A stretch of DNA of 64,000 nt. Origin: an uncultured Acidobacteriota bacterium. Its GTDB lineage: Bacteria; Acidobacteriota; Terriglobia; Acidiferrales; UBA7541. The stretch spans positions 162,860 through 226,859 of the forward strand of contig CAVSOB010000010.1 in NCBI GenBank assembly GCA_963729525.1, read 5' to 3'. This document shows positions 49,799 to 59,146 of this stretch, in pieces. Position numbers and translations under genes: made by a program. Below the pieces are notes generated by a model that made no database searches, was not told where the DNA came from, and saw nothing but the letters and a program-made list of their open reading frames with translations. Numbering within the stretch: position 1 is the first letter of the stretch; the number at the start of each line of letters is the position of its first letter.

Positions 49799-50992
49799 AT
49801 GGGTGTCACAGTCCGCAGGGCGAAGGACTGGGCGGGCAAGCCTGTTTCAATAGGGTTTTTATTGGCGTTTTTGTGCCTACAGGTTGCGAACGGCCAGGGG
49901 CAGGAGACGACGCAGCAAGGGAACGACACGTCTCAACCGGCTCAAGATGAAACACTGCAACCAAACCACAAAACTCAACAGGCCCAAGAAGAAACAACGC
50001 AGCAAACGAACGACAGGATCCAACAACTTTCTCAAATCGCAAAGCCGACTCTGACGGATATTCCGATCGGGGCCGGCGATGTGATTCATATCGATGTGTT
50101 TGACGTTCCGGAGCTTTCGCGCGACGTCCGCGTGAGCAGCACCGGAAACATAGCCCTCCCTCTGGTTCACGAGCGAATTCGCGTGGCGGGCGTAACACCA
50201 TTCCAACTCGAACAAACGATTCAAGAAAAGCTGATCGAGAGCGGGTTGGTATCGCGTCCGCAAGTGTCGGTATTCGTCAAAGAGCAAAACAGTCAGCCCG
50301 TAACGATCCTGGGAGCGGTCGGGCACCCAATGACGACACAATTGCTGCGTCCGACGACCCTGCTTGAGGTTCTAGCGAATGCGGGAGGAATCTCGGACAA
50401 TGCGGGAACCGTTATCTTGATCACCCGCAAAACTCAGCAGGAGATGATACGGCCTGTCTCCGAAACTTCGGGCGCCAACTCCGATTCGGGAACGCAAACA
50501 ATCAGGATTCAGCTGCAAGATCTACTGGACACCGGGAATACGGCGTTCAACATTCAAGTATTCGGCGGCGATGTTATCGAAGTGCCTAAAGCCGGAATTA
50601 TCTATGTGTTGGGTGGCGGAGTCTCGCAGCCAGGCGGTTATACGATACAGAGCCATGGAGAACCGCCTACGGTGTTGAAGGCAGTTGCGCTAGCGCATGG
50701 CTTGGGGGGGTTCGCAAAGCCGAATGACGCCGTAATTTACCGGATCAATCCGAAGACGGGTGAACGCGAAGCGATCCCCGTTCATATCAAGAAGATTGAA
50801 AAGAACACCTCCGAAGACGTCGCGATGAAATCGAACGACATTCTGTACGTTCCGGACAGTCTGGCCAAGAAGGTTGCCGTGCGAGGACTGGAAGCGGCAG
50901 TCAGTATCGGGAGTGGTCTCTTAATTTATCGTTCGACTTTGAACGGAGGCGGCAGCAGCACCAATAACAATAATCCTCCGCCGGCTCAATAG
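49799..50992 (+). CDS. Polysaccharide export protein (Wza-like: Poly_export plus SLBB)
   Basis: Motif IGAGDVIHIDVFDVPELSRDVRVSSTGNIALPLV plus SLBB-like repeats. The start is uncertain (ATG 49799 or TTG 49748). Confidence 0.8.
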   Translation: MGVTVRRAKDWAGKPVSIGFLLAFLCLQVANGQGQETTQQGNDTSQPAQDETLQPNHKTQQAQEETTQQTNDRIQQLSQIAKPTLTDIPIGAGDVIHIDVFDVPELSRDVRVSSTGNIALPLVHERIRVAGVTPFQLEQTIQEKLIESGLVSRPQVSVFVKEQNSQPVTILGAVGHPMTTQLLRPTTLLEVLANAGGISDNAGTVILITRKTQQEMIRPVSETSGANSDSGTQTIRIQLQDLLDTGNTAFNIQVFGGDVIEVPKAGIIYVLGGGVSQPGGYTIQSHGEPPTVLKAVALAHGLGGFAKPNDAVIYRINPKTGEREAIPVHIKKIEKNTSEDVAMKSNDILYVPDSLAKKVAVRGLEAAVSIGSGLLIYRSTLNGGGSSTNNNNPPPAQ

Positions 50993-51018
50993 TCTCAATA
51001 AAGGACTGTCTTCACCAA

Positions 51019-53319
51019 ATGGAAGAAGCATCCAGGCTGGTTGCGCGCGACCGGAAAGCGGTTGATTCGCTCACGGTGATTCCTGCTCCTTCGGTTCTTC
51101 CGTGGGAGCAGATGCCGAGGGAGCCGCATCTCCTCGACTATGTGATTATTTTGCGCAAGCACCAGTGGCTGATCCTCACCTTTCTCGTAACGGTGGTGAC
51201 GGTGGTTACGATTGCTTCGTTCAAGATGAAGCCGGTGTACCAGGCGGCGGCGCGTGTGGAAGTGGATCGTGAATCGCAGAGCGTGTTGCCATTCCAGGGG
51301 CCGAGTTCTTACGACGAAATCATGGATATGGAGAATTACCTGGAGACGCAGGCGAAAATTCTTGGGAGTGAGACTCTGGCTCTGCAAACGATTAAATCGA
51401 TGGACCTGGGGCGTTATCCGGAATTCGGCGGAGTGGCAAATTCACTGGTGTGGACACACGGGAATACATCGCAAACGCGTCCTGAAATCCTGGGCGCATT
51501 TCTTGGCCGATTAAGCGTACGGCGAGTGCCGAACAGCCGCCTGATCGAGGTGGGGTTCGAAGCGGAAGACCCGCACCTCGCAGCGCAGGTGGTGAATGCG
51601 CATTTGCAGAACTTCATCGAACAAAATTTTCGCAGCAAGTACGATGCGACGACGCAGGCTTCCAGCTGGCTTTCCGGCGAACTCGAGGAATTGCGGATTA
51701 AGGTAGAGAAGTCCGAAGACGCGCGAATCGCTTACGAGCGGCAAAATCAAATCTGGCGAACCAATGAAAAGCAGGACATCACTACCGAAAAGCTCGGTGA
51801 CCTGAATAAGGCGGTGACCGACGGCCAGACACAGTTGGCGGAGAAGGAAGCGCTCTATCGCATGGCCGTATCGGGAAACGTGGACGCGCTACCGGCGGCG
51901 CAGGGCAATCCTGTAATCCAAGAACTGCTCAGACATAAGGCCGAATTGAATGAGCAGTATCTGGTGGCCGTCGATCAATATGGGCCGAACTTCCCGAAGG
52001 TGCTGAGACTCGCAGCCCAGCAGAAGGAAGTGGAGGAGAATCTGGACAAAGCGAGAAAGACGCTCATTGAGACGGTGGAGCAGGATTACAACACCGCGCG
52101 AAGTCGCGTCGAGATCCTGCAGCAAAATCTGGACAAACAAAAGGCCGAAGCGAACGACATGGCCGAAAAGCTCGTCCAGTATCAGATTCTTCAGCACGAT
52201 GCGGATTCGAACAAGCAGCTTTACGACGGTTTGCTTCAAAAATTGAAGGAAGCTGGTATTACCGCAGGCTTGAAATCGAGCAATATTCGAATCGTCGACC
52301 CCGCGCTGACTCCTTCGAGCCCGTCGAGGCCGCAAAGGGCGCGCAATATTCTGCTCGCGGTGTTGGTGGGGCTCGTTGGCGGCGCTGGGCTCGCGCTCTT
52401 CCGCGAATACTTGGACAATACGATCAAGTCTCCGGACGACATCGAATCGCTCGCTGGACTGCCTTCGCTGGCCGTGGTGCCTACGCTTCCGGGCCTGAAT
52501 GGAAATTACAGCCGCCGGGCGAAAGGAGAAGCCGCCATTCAATCGGCATCCAGTCCTCGGGTCGAGCTGCTTTCGTACGTTCAGCCGAAATCGCAAATTT
52601 CTGAGGCTTTCCGTGCGCTGAGGACTTCGCTGCTGCTTTCACAAGCAGATCACCCGCCGCAGGTGATTCTGGTAACAAGCGCTCTCCCGCGCGAGGGGAA
52701 AACAACTGCGGCAGTGAATCTCGCTGTCACGCTGGCCCAGTTGGGCGATCGCACCCTGCTGATGGATTCCGACCTGCGGAAGCCGGGCGTGCGTCGGGCG
52801 TTGAACCTCACGATCGGGAAAGAAGTGGGGCTGAGCTCTTACCTTGCGGGTGTTTCGACGCTCGATGAGGTCCTATATCCTCACCCGACGATCAACAATC
52901 TCGAGGCGCTAACGACAGGACCTGTGCCACCCAGTCCCGCGGACCTTCTCTCGTCCCACCGGATGCGCGAAGCGATCGCGGAGCTTCGGTTGCGTTTTAA
53001 ATTTATCGTGATTGACTCGCCGCCGGTGATGGCGGCCACGGATGCGGTGATTCTCTCGGCGCTCACGGACGGCGTTCTGCTCGTCGTCCGGAGCGGAGAA
53101 ACCCCCAAGGAAGCTTTCACTCGCACCCGCGATCTGTTGACGGCAGTGAAGAGCCGTCTGCTCGGCGTCGTACTCAATGCCGTGGATTCGAGCGCGCCCG
53201 ATTATTACTATTCGTATCGCTACTATCCATACGCGTATGGGTATGGTTACGGCGAAGATGTGGCAAAAACAAAAACGTCCCGGTTCCCAGCCAATCCGGA
53301 CGATACAAGCGACACCTAG
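51019..53319 (+). CDS. Polysaccharide co-polymerase / tyrosine autokinase (Wzc/GumC family)
   Basis: Wzz-type N-terminus with a TM segment and a long coiled coil. Walker A is ALPREGKTT. The C-terminal Tyr cluster is DYYYSYRYYPYAYGYGYG. Confidence 0.9.
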   Translation: MEEASRLVARDRKAVDSLTVIPAPSVLPWEQMPREPHLLDYVIILRKHQWLILTFLVTVVTVVTIASFKMKPVYQAAARVEVDRESQSVLPFQGPSSYDEIMDMENYLETQAKILGSETLALQTIKSMDLGRYPEFGGVANSLVWTHGNTSQTRPEILGAFLGRLSVRRVPNSRLIEVGFEAEDPHLAAQVVNAHLQNFIEQNFRSKYDATTQASSWLSGELEELRIKVEKSEDARIAYERQNQIWRTNEKQDITTEKLGDLNKAVTDGQTQLAEKEALYRMAVSGNVDALPAAQGNPVIQELLRHKAELNEQYLVAVDQYGPNFPKVLRLAAQQKEVEENLDKARKTLIETVEQDYNTARSRVEILQQNLDKQKAEANDMAEKLVQYQILQHDADSNKQLYDGLLQKLKEAGITAGLKSSNIRIVDPALTPSSPSRPQRARNILLAVLVGLVGGAGLALFREYLDNTIKSPDDIESLAGLPSLAVVPTLPGLNGNYSRRAKGEAAIQSASSPRVELLSYVQPKSQISEAFRALRTSLLLSQADHPPQVILVTSALPREGKTTAAVNLAVTLAQLGDRTLLMDSDLRKPGVRRALNLTIGKEVGLSSYLAGVSTLDEVLYPHPTINNLEALTTGPVPPSPADLLSSHRMREAIAELRLRFKFIVIDSPPVMAATDAVILSALTDGVLLVVRSGETPKEAFTRTRDLLTAVKSRLLGVVLNAVDSSAPDYYYSYRYYPYAYGYGYGEDVAKTKTSRFPANPDDTSDT

Positions 53320-53335
53320 AGGACGGAGTAATCAC

Positions 53336-54358
53336 ATGCGCTATCTCATTACGGGCGGGGCTGGTTTTATCGGTTCACATCTGTCTGAGACTCTTCTGGA
53401 AAAGGGCTCAGAGGTATTTATCCTCGATGATCTTTCGACAGGAAGCGTCGAAAACATCCGTCATTTGAAGTCGAACAACCGCTTCCACCATTTCTTCGAT
53501 TCTATCCAGAATAAGCATCTCCTAGCGGAACTCGTGGACGAGTCCGACGTGGTGATTCATCTTGCCGCGGCTGTGGGCGTGCGTCTGATCGTCGAGAGTC
53601 CCGTGCGAACTCTCGAAACGAATATTCACGGAACGCAGTCCGTATTGGATGCTGCGTCAAAAAAGAAAAAGCTCGTGTTTATCGCTTCTACGTCTGAGGT
53701 CTACGGCAAGAGTGACAAAGTTCCGTTCCGCGAAGATGCCGATCTCGTGCTGGGACCTACAACGAAGGCTCGCTGGAGTTATGCGGCTTCGAAAGCGCTG
53801 GATGAATTTCTCGCGCTCTCGTACTGGAAGGAACGCAAGCAGCCCGTGAAGATTGCACGATTTTTCAATACGGTCGGGCCGCGCCAAACGGGACGCTATG
53901 GAATGGTGGTTCCGAACTTCGTTCAACAGGCGCTTGCCGGTAAGCCGATTACGGTATTCGGCAGCGGAAAGCAGTCTCGATGCTTTTGCGATGTTCGCGA
54001 TTGCGTCGAGTCGTTGATTCGTCTTTTGGCCAACGACCACTGCGTCGGCGAGGTGGTGAACATTGGAACCGACGAAGAGATCTCGATCGAAGGGCTGGCA
54101 CAAGTCGTAAAGGAACGCACCGGAAGCGACTCGCCGATTACTTACATCCCGTACGATCGCGCCTATGAACCTGGATTTGAGGACATGCCCCGACGTATTC
54201 CCTCTCTCGAAAAACTCGAAAGCCTCACCGGCTTCCGGCCGGCGACACCGCTGGTTGAAATTGTGGATCGCGTGATCGCGCATTCGAAGAAGCGCAACGC
54301 GGCGAGGGTGATGCCGGCAAGGGACGAATTGGCTGCGGCTCAGGCTGCATCCGACTGA
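53336..54358 (+). CDS. NAD-dependent epimerase/dehydratase (extended SDR; UDP-sugar decarboxylase/4-epimerase-like)
   Basis: MRYLITGGAGFIGSHL and the YAASKAL (YxxxK) motif. It starts 17 nt after the Wzc stop. Confidence 0.88.
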   Translation: MRYLITGGAGFIGSHLSETLLEKGSEVFILDDLSTGSVENIRHLKSNNRFHHFFDSIQNKHLLAELVDESDVVIHLAAAVGVRLIVESPVRTLETNIHGTQSVLDAASKKKKLVFIASTSEVYGKSDKVPFREDADLVLGPTTKARWSYAASKALDEFLALSYWKERKQPVKIARFFNTVGPRQTGRYGMVVPNFVQQALAGKPITVFGSGKQSRCFCDVRDCVESLIRLLANDHCVGEVVNIGTDEEISIEGLAQVVKERTGSDSPITYIPYDRAYEPGFEDMPRRIPSLEKLESLTGFRPATPLVEIVDRVIAHSKKRNAARVMPARDELAAAQAASD

Positions 54359-54431
54359 AGGGATCGAATTGCGTTTGCAGCCTGAGCAAGCTCTAGAAGC
54401 CTACCGCGTTCATTGCGACCATGTGCTGGAG

Positions 54432-54779
54432 CTACTTCGAGAAGCTGGCCACGGCGGCGGCTTCGCTATCGTAGGTGTCGAAGACAGTCATGAGCTTCGT
54501 GACCTGCAGCACTTCCTTGAACTTCGAGCCCAGGTTGGCGAGCTTCAGGACAGCGCCCTGCGAGCGGGCGCTGTGGAATGTGGCTACGAGGGTGCCCAGA
54601 CCGGCGCTATCGATGTAGCCGACGTTGGCCAGGTTGAGCACGATTTTCTTTTTGCCGGCTGCGAGGAGGCTCTTCACCTTCTCGCGAAACGCATTGCTTT
54701 CTTCGCCGAGCACGATGCGCCCTTCGATCTCGAGCACAGTAACGCCATCCATTTCTCGATCCGTCATTCTGAGTGCCAC
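54432..54779 (-). CDS. STAS-domain anti-sigma-factor antagonist (SpoIIAA/RsbV-like)
   Basis: 115 aa; LNLANVGYIDSAGLGTLV carries the conserved phosphorylatable Ser context (DSAG). Confidence 0.85.
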   Translation of the reverse strand: MALRMTDREMDGVTVLEIEGRIVLGEESNAFREKVKSLLAAGKKKIVLNLANVGYIDSAGLGTLVATFHSARSQGAVLKLANLGSKFKEVLQVTKLMTVFDTYDSEAAAVASFSK

Positions 54780-54882
54780 GTTCGCGCCTCCTGGATTCTG
54801 TCAGCTGGTATTTGAATTTGGTAACCGGAGAAATCGCCGCTGAGCGCGGCGAGGATTCTCGCTAAATCTTCCTCAGCAAAAC

Positions 54883-55086
54883 TCAGTAAAAATCCGAACA
54901 GGACATGTAGTACCCGCAAGATGAGCAGACCAGCTTGCAGCTCCGTGGCTCGAGCCGGGCCGAGCAGCGCGGACAGAAGGCGGATGAAAACTCCGAAATC
55001 TCAACCGCCCGATGCGCGTCTGCCGGTTTCGCATCCGCTGCGGTTGCCGCTTGCGACAACGGCGAAACCGAGTGTTTATGAGCCAT
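54883..55086 (-). CDS. Small zinc-ribbon protein (hypothetical)
   Basis: [26 protein letters not shown] (CxxC...CxxC). I chose the ATG at 55086; the RBS is weak. Confidence 0.4.
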   Translation of the reverse strand: MAHKHSVSPLSQAATAADAKPADAHRAVEISEFSSAFCPRCSARLEPRSCKLVCSSCGYYMSCSDFY

Positions 55087-55331
55087 ATCCGGACACCCTT
55101 CGGACGGACGTTTATAGCACATCCAGCGTACCGGGAAAAGCAACGTAAATCGTTATTTCCGGGGGGAACGAAATGCTTTCGCTAGACGCGAGCCTAGGCT
55201 TTGGTGTAGACACCGCAGGCAAGGATTTTGTGCCAGCGAAGCGAGCGGGATTGTCCTGCCCCGTTGCTTAGAAACGTGCAACCGTGGCAATGGTGCGGGC
55301 GTCTCATATTATGGAAGAAGGGAAGGCAGCC

Positions 55332-56222
55332 ATGAAAATGCAAGGCAGATTCGGGCTGGCTACCGCGGTCCTGCTGGTAATACCCACCTTTGCTCAAGCA
55401 CAACGTGCGACGGGAAGTTTTCGAGCGGCTCCCAGTGCGCCTGCGAGTGCGCCGGCTGTGCATAGCACAGCGGTGCGAGCACATACTGGAACTCGAACGA
55501 ATAGCACACGGGCGTCAAGAACATCGTCGGCTACCCCGTCGGCCGCTGAATCGAGCCTTGGCGCGAACAATTTTGGGCCGAACAATTTTGGATCTCTAGG
55601 CGTTGGCATAGATCCACTCTCGGCGCAGCTCCTTGACCCCCTTGCGAGCCTTGGCTTTGGATTCGACTTCGCGCACGCAGTCGCGATCCGCGACGCGGAA
55701 CTTAAGGCTTTTATCGATCCTGCAACGCAGCAGAGGCTTGCGCTTGCAGAGCGACGTTTCTCGAAATCGCCGCACCCCACTAATGGATTTTTCTTCCTAG
55801 ACGGCGGTGGCGCCCACGTGCTTCCCGTTGATGCGGGCAATGGCGTGAATCCTGATGCTGATACGCAAGCAGCGCAAGATCAAAATCAAGACCAGGGGCG
55901 AAATGGGCAGGGAGCGCCGGCAGAGCGGGAGCAATCGGGATCGCAGCAAGGATCACAACAGGGGTACGAGCGGCCTATCATAATCCTTCAGCAGCCTGCG
56001 GAATCGAAGGAACAGTCTGATCTGCCGGATGAAGGCGAGTTCACGCTGATCTTGCGAAGCGGCCAGGAAATCGAGGCCGTGGCGTTTACGCGTGTCGGCG
56101 ATAGGATCGTGTACATCACTACTGGAGGCGGGCGCCGCACCGTTGCGGTGCGCGAGGTTGACGTTGACGCGACAGTGCGTTTGAACCAGGAGCGCGGGAC
56201 GCCGCTGCAGATTCCGCTTTGA
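55332..56222 (+). CDS. Hypothetical secreted protein
   Basis: The ATG at 55332 follows GGGAAGG. Signal peptide MKMQGRFGLATAVLLVIPTFAQA. The middle is low-complexity and the C-terminus is a small beta-rich domain. Confidence 0.55.
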   Translation: MKMQGRFGLATAVLLVIPTFAQAQRATGSFRAAPSAPASAPAVHSTAVRAHTGTRTNSTRASRTSSATPSAAESSLGANNFGPNNFGSLGVGIDPLSAQLLDPLASLGFGFDFAHAVAIRDAELKAFIDPATQQRLALAERRFSKSPHPTNGFFFLDGGGAHVLPVDAGNGVNPDADTQAAQDQNQDQGRNGQGAPAEREQSGSQQGSQQGYERPIIILQQPAESKEQSDLPDEGEFTLILRSGQEIEAVAFTRVGDRIVYITTGGGRRTVAVREVDVDATVRLNQERGTPLQIPL

Positions 56223-56377
56223 TTTCCAATTAGCATAAACCGCCAAAGAGTGCATCGTTGCATACTGCTCGTTCGAGCTCGGCGTGCCGTGCCGCCGACA
56301 AAAGAACCGGATTTCTGAGCATCTAGCCAACATAGGCGCAGGCTGAAGCCTACGCTACTTAATGGCGACGGCGACTG

Positions 56378-57334
56378 CTACTCGGTGCGGCGGGCTGGGG
56401 CTGGCTCAGGCATCAGGGGGCCGGCTTCGGCTGGGAGGCCGGCGCGTTCTAGTTGTACCGTGGTGTGCGAAATATGAAAATTGCGGGATAGGACTTCGCA
56501 GATGCGGCTGAGGATTTTCTCGCTGTCTTCCATGTGCATGTCGGGGATGCGCGCGTGGCAGGAGAGCGCGTGGAGATCAGTACCCAGCGTCCAGATGTGA
56601 ATATCGTGGACTTCCTGTACGCCTTCGACCTTCAGGATGGCACCGGCGACGTCCTTCAAGTCAATGCTGCGCGGCAATCCTTCGAGCAGGATGTGAGTGC
56701 TCTCGCGCAGTATCCCGGTTCCCGTCCAGAGCACCATGGCGCCGATGGCGATGCCGATGACCGGATCAATCCAGTTCGCGCCGGTGCGGCGAATCACGAT
56801 CGCGCCGGCGATGATGGCGATGTTGGAGAGCGCGTCACCAAGATTGTGAATCCATACGGCTCGGATGTTCAGGTCGCGTCGGCCGCTGTGGAGCGAGAAC
56901 GTGATGCCGCTATTGATCACCAGCGCAAGAACCGAAACCCAGAGCATCACGCCCGACTCGACTGCCACGGGCACGCGGAGCCGCAGAATCGACTCGTAAA
57001 TAAGAAAGAGGGCGACAATCGAAAGCAGCATCGAATTGATAAAGGCTGCGAGTATTCCGGCGCGGTGATAGCCGTAGGTTTTTTCGGGGGTCGGGGGACG
57101 CATGGCCCAGCGCGCGGCCAGCCATGAAATCACCATCGTGGGCACGTCAGTGAGGTTATGAAGGGCGTCGCTGATCAGGGCGATAGAATGTGCCGCGTAT
57201 CCGGCGACAAGTTCCGTGGCGACAAGAACGAACGTGGCGAGGACCGCTGTGCCGAGGATGAGGGTCATCCCCTGGCTTGCGTCGATGCGCATGTGCGAGT
57301 GGCTGTGCGAGCCACCGTGCGAATGGACGTGCAT
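56378..57334 (-). CDS. Cation diffusion facilitator transporter (CzcD/ZitB-like)
   Basis: His-rich N-terminus MHVHSHGGSHSHSH; motifs SDALHNLTDV and HNLGDALSN; C-terminal cytoplasmic domain. Confidence 0.9.
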   Translation of the reverse strand: MHVHSHGGSHSHSHMRIDASQGMTLILGTAVLATFVLVATELVAGYAAHSIALISDALHNLTDVPTMVISWLAARWAMRPPTPEKTYGYHRAGILAAFINSMLLSIVALFLIYESILRLRVPVAVESGVMLWVSVLALVINSGITFSLHSGRRDLNIRAVWIHNLGDALSNIAIIAGAIVIRRTGANWIDPVIGIAIGAMVLWTGTGILRESTHILLEGLPRSIDLKDVAGAILKVEGVQEVHDIHIWTLGTDLHALSCHARIPDMHMEDSEKILSRICEVLSRNFHISHTTVQLERAGLPAEAGPLMPEPAPARRTE

Positions 57335-57591
57335 CTCCTGGATTCTACTCGCACAGCAGTCCCGGGAACCATCTTTCGCCTACCGGGATGTCGCGAAAGT
57401 TCCGGCCGATGGGCCGAAATCGCAACTGGCATGGAGCGAAATTCAAGCGCAACGTGGATAGCTTCCGGGAACGAACACCTGCGGGAAACTCAATTGACTT
57501 GGCGCGCTGCCACCGCCTACCATGAGCATCATCCTCGAAGCTTTGGGACTCTCAGGGGGCGCGGGCGGCGCGCGGGAAGCTTCGCCCAGCG

Positions 57592-58785
57592 ATGACGCAC
57601 AACGCAGCCAAGCTGGTCTTCTGGGGAGTGCGCGGCTCGACGCCTACGCTTGAGCGCGATACTTGGCGCTACGGCGGAAACACGCCCTGCCTGGAGCTAA
57701 CGTCGCCCGAAGGCACGCGGTTCATCCTCGACTGCGGAACCGGGATGAGGATGCTCGGGAATCTTTGGACGGAAACGCATGGTGAGCGCGGCGTTCATGC
57801 GCATGTCTTGGTGACACACTATCACTGGGACCACATTCAGGGCCTGCCGTTCTTTCGACCTCTTTTTGAATCGCAGAACAAATTTAACTTCTATAGCTTT
57901 CAATCAGAGTACTTGGGTCCCGACAGCCTGCGGAAAGTGCTCGAAGCGCAGCTTGCGAGCCCTTATTTTCCGGTGGACGTAAGCACGATGACAGCTGGCC
58001 GGACGTTTCACGAAGTAACCTCCGGGCTAAAATGGGAGATTGGCGGAACGAAGATTACTGCCGGATGGCTGAACCATCCGCAGGGCTGCCTGGGCTACCG
58101 GCTGGAGACTTCCGGAGGCTCGATCGTTTACGCGACCGACAACGAACCGGGCGTCGCCGAATTTGACAAGAATCTGAGAGAACTGGCGCACGGCGCGGAC
58201 GTCTTGGTTTACGATGCGCAATATTCACCGGAACAGCTCGCCACGGAAAGGCGCGGTTGGGGACATTCGAGCTGGCTCGAAGGCGTAAAAATCGCGCGAG
58301 AGTGCAAAGTCCGGAACCTGATTCTCTTTCATCACGATCCGGATTCAACTGACAAGACTATCGACGGCTTTCTTTCCGCTGCCCGCCACGAATTCCCGGC
58401 CACCTGGGCGGCTACGGAAGGGATGACCGTGTCTCTCAGCGAGCGCGGAATTCACGTGGGGCTGCCGAAGTCGCGCGTTGGACAGCGGCGCCGGATACGG
58501 TTTGCGGCGACAGTGAGCGGCCAGGGAGAAGATGGCGCGAATTTCGAAGAGAAGGCGACGGTGCGCGACATCAGCCTGCAGGGAGCTTATCTGACGCTCA
58601 AGAGCCGGCCGAAGCTGCAGTCGGAATTGCGAGTGGTGATCGAAGCCGCCGGTGATGATAAACGGTCGAGCGTGCTATCGCTGCGGGGTACCGTGATTCA
58701 CTTCGATCCGGGGCGTGAGAAAGGCAGCAACGGCGTGGGCGTGGTGTTCATCGAAGAGCCCGAAACGGCTCATCCCAATGACTAG
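57592..58785 (+). CDS. MBL-fold metallo-hydrolase fused to a C-terminal PilZ domain
   Basis: HxHxDH motif VTHYHWDHIQG. The C-terminal region has the PilZ signatures RRRIR (RxxxR) and DISLQG (DxSxxG) about 25 residues apart. Confidence 0.8.
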   Translation: MTHNAAKLVFWGVRGSTPTLERDTWRYGGNTPCLELTSPEGTRFILDCGTGMRMLGNLWTETHGERGVHAHVLVTHYHWDHIQGLPFFRPLFESQNKFNFYSFQSEYLGPDSLRKVLEAQLASPYFPVDVSTMTAGRTFHEVTSGLKWEIGGTKITAGWLNHPQGCLGYRLETSGGSIVYATDNEPGVAEFDKNLRELAHGADVLVYDAQYSPEQLATERRGWGHSSWLEGVKIARECKVRNLILFHHDPDSTDKTIDGFLSAARHEFPATWAATEGMTVSLSERGIHVGLPKSRVGQRRRIRFAATVSGQGEDGANFEEKATVRDISLQGAYLTLKSRPKLQSELRVVIEAAGDDKRSSVLSLRGTVIHFDPGREKGSNGVGVVFIEEPETAHPND

Positions 58786-58819
58786 AAGTTCCTTTTGTTC
58801 CTTCGTCCGCGCCAACCTT

Positions 58820-59074
58820 TCAGGACTTTTCCGTTAACGCTGCAATCTGCGAATCCAGATCGGCTAATGCGCTATTGAGTTGATCTCGATGGCGGGGATT
58901 CTGGCTTAGCTGCAGATCTTTTTCGACTCGCGAGCGGGAGAGCAACAGTACCTCCCGTTTTCGGCGCGATTCGAGTTGTTCGGTAGTCAGTTGCGTTTTC
59001 GTGTTTTTTCCCTTCTTTTGATGATGTTCCTGGACCTGTTCCTCGACTGACTTGCTTTCCCATCCTCTGGCCAT
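58820..59074 (-). CDS. Small charged hypothetical protein
   Basis: 84-aa product MARGWESKSVEEQV.... It lies 72 nt downstream of lhr on the same strand. Confidence 0.5.
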   Translation of the reverse strand: MARGWESKSVEEQVQEHHQKKGKNTKTQLTTEQLESRRKREVLLLSRSRVEKDLQLSQNPRHRDQLNSALADLDSQIAALTEKS

Positions 59075-59146
59075 GCGAGCATTCTATGATGGCAGTGCTA
59101 TCTGAGTTTGATTTTTCTTAACGGATGTTTCATTAGGCCGGGCGGG

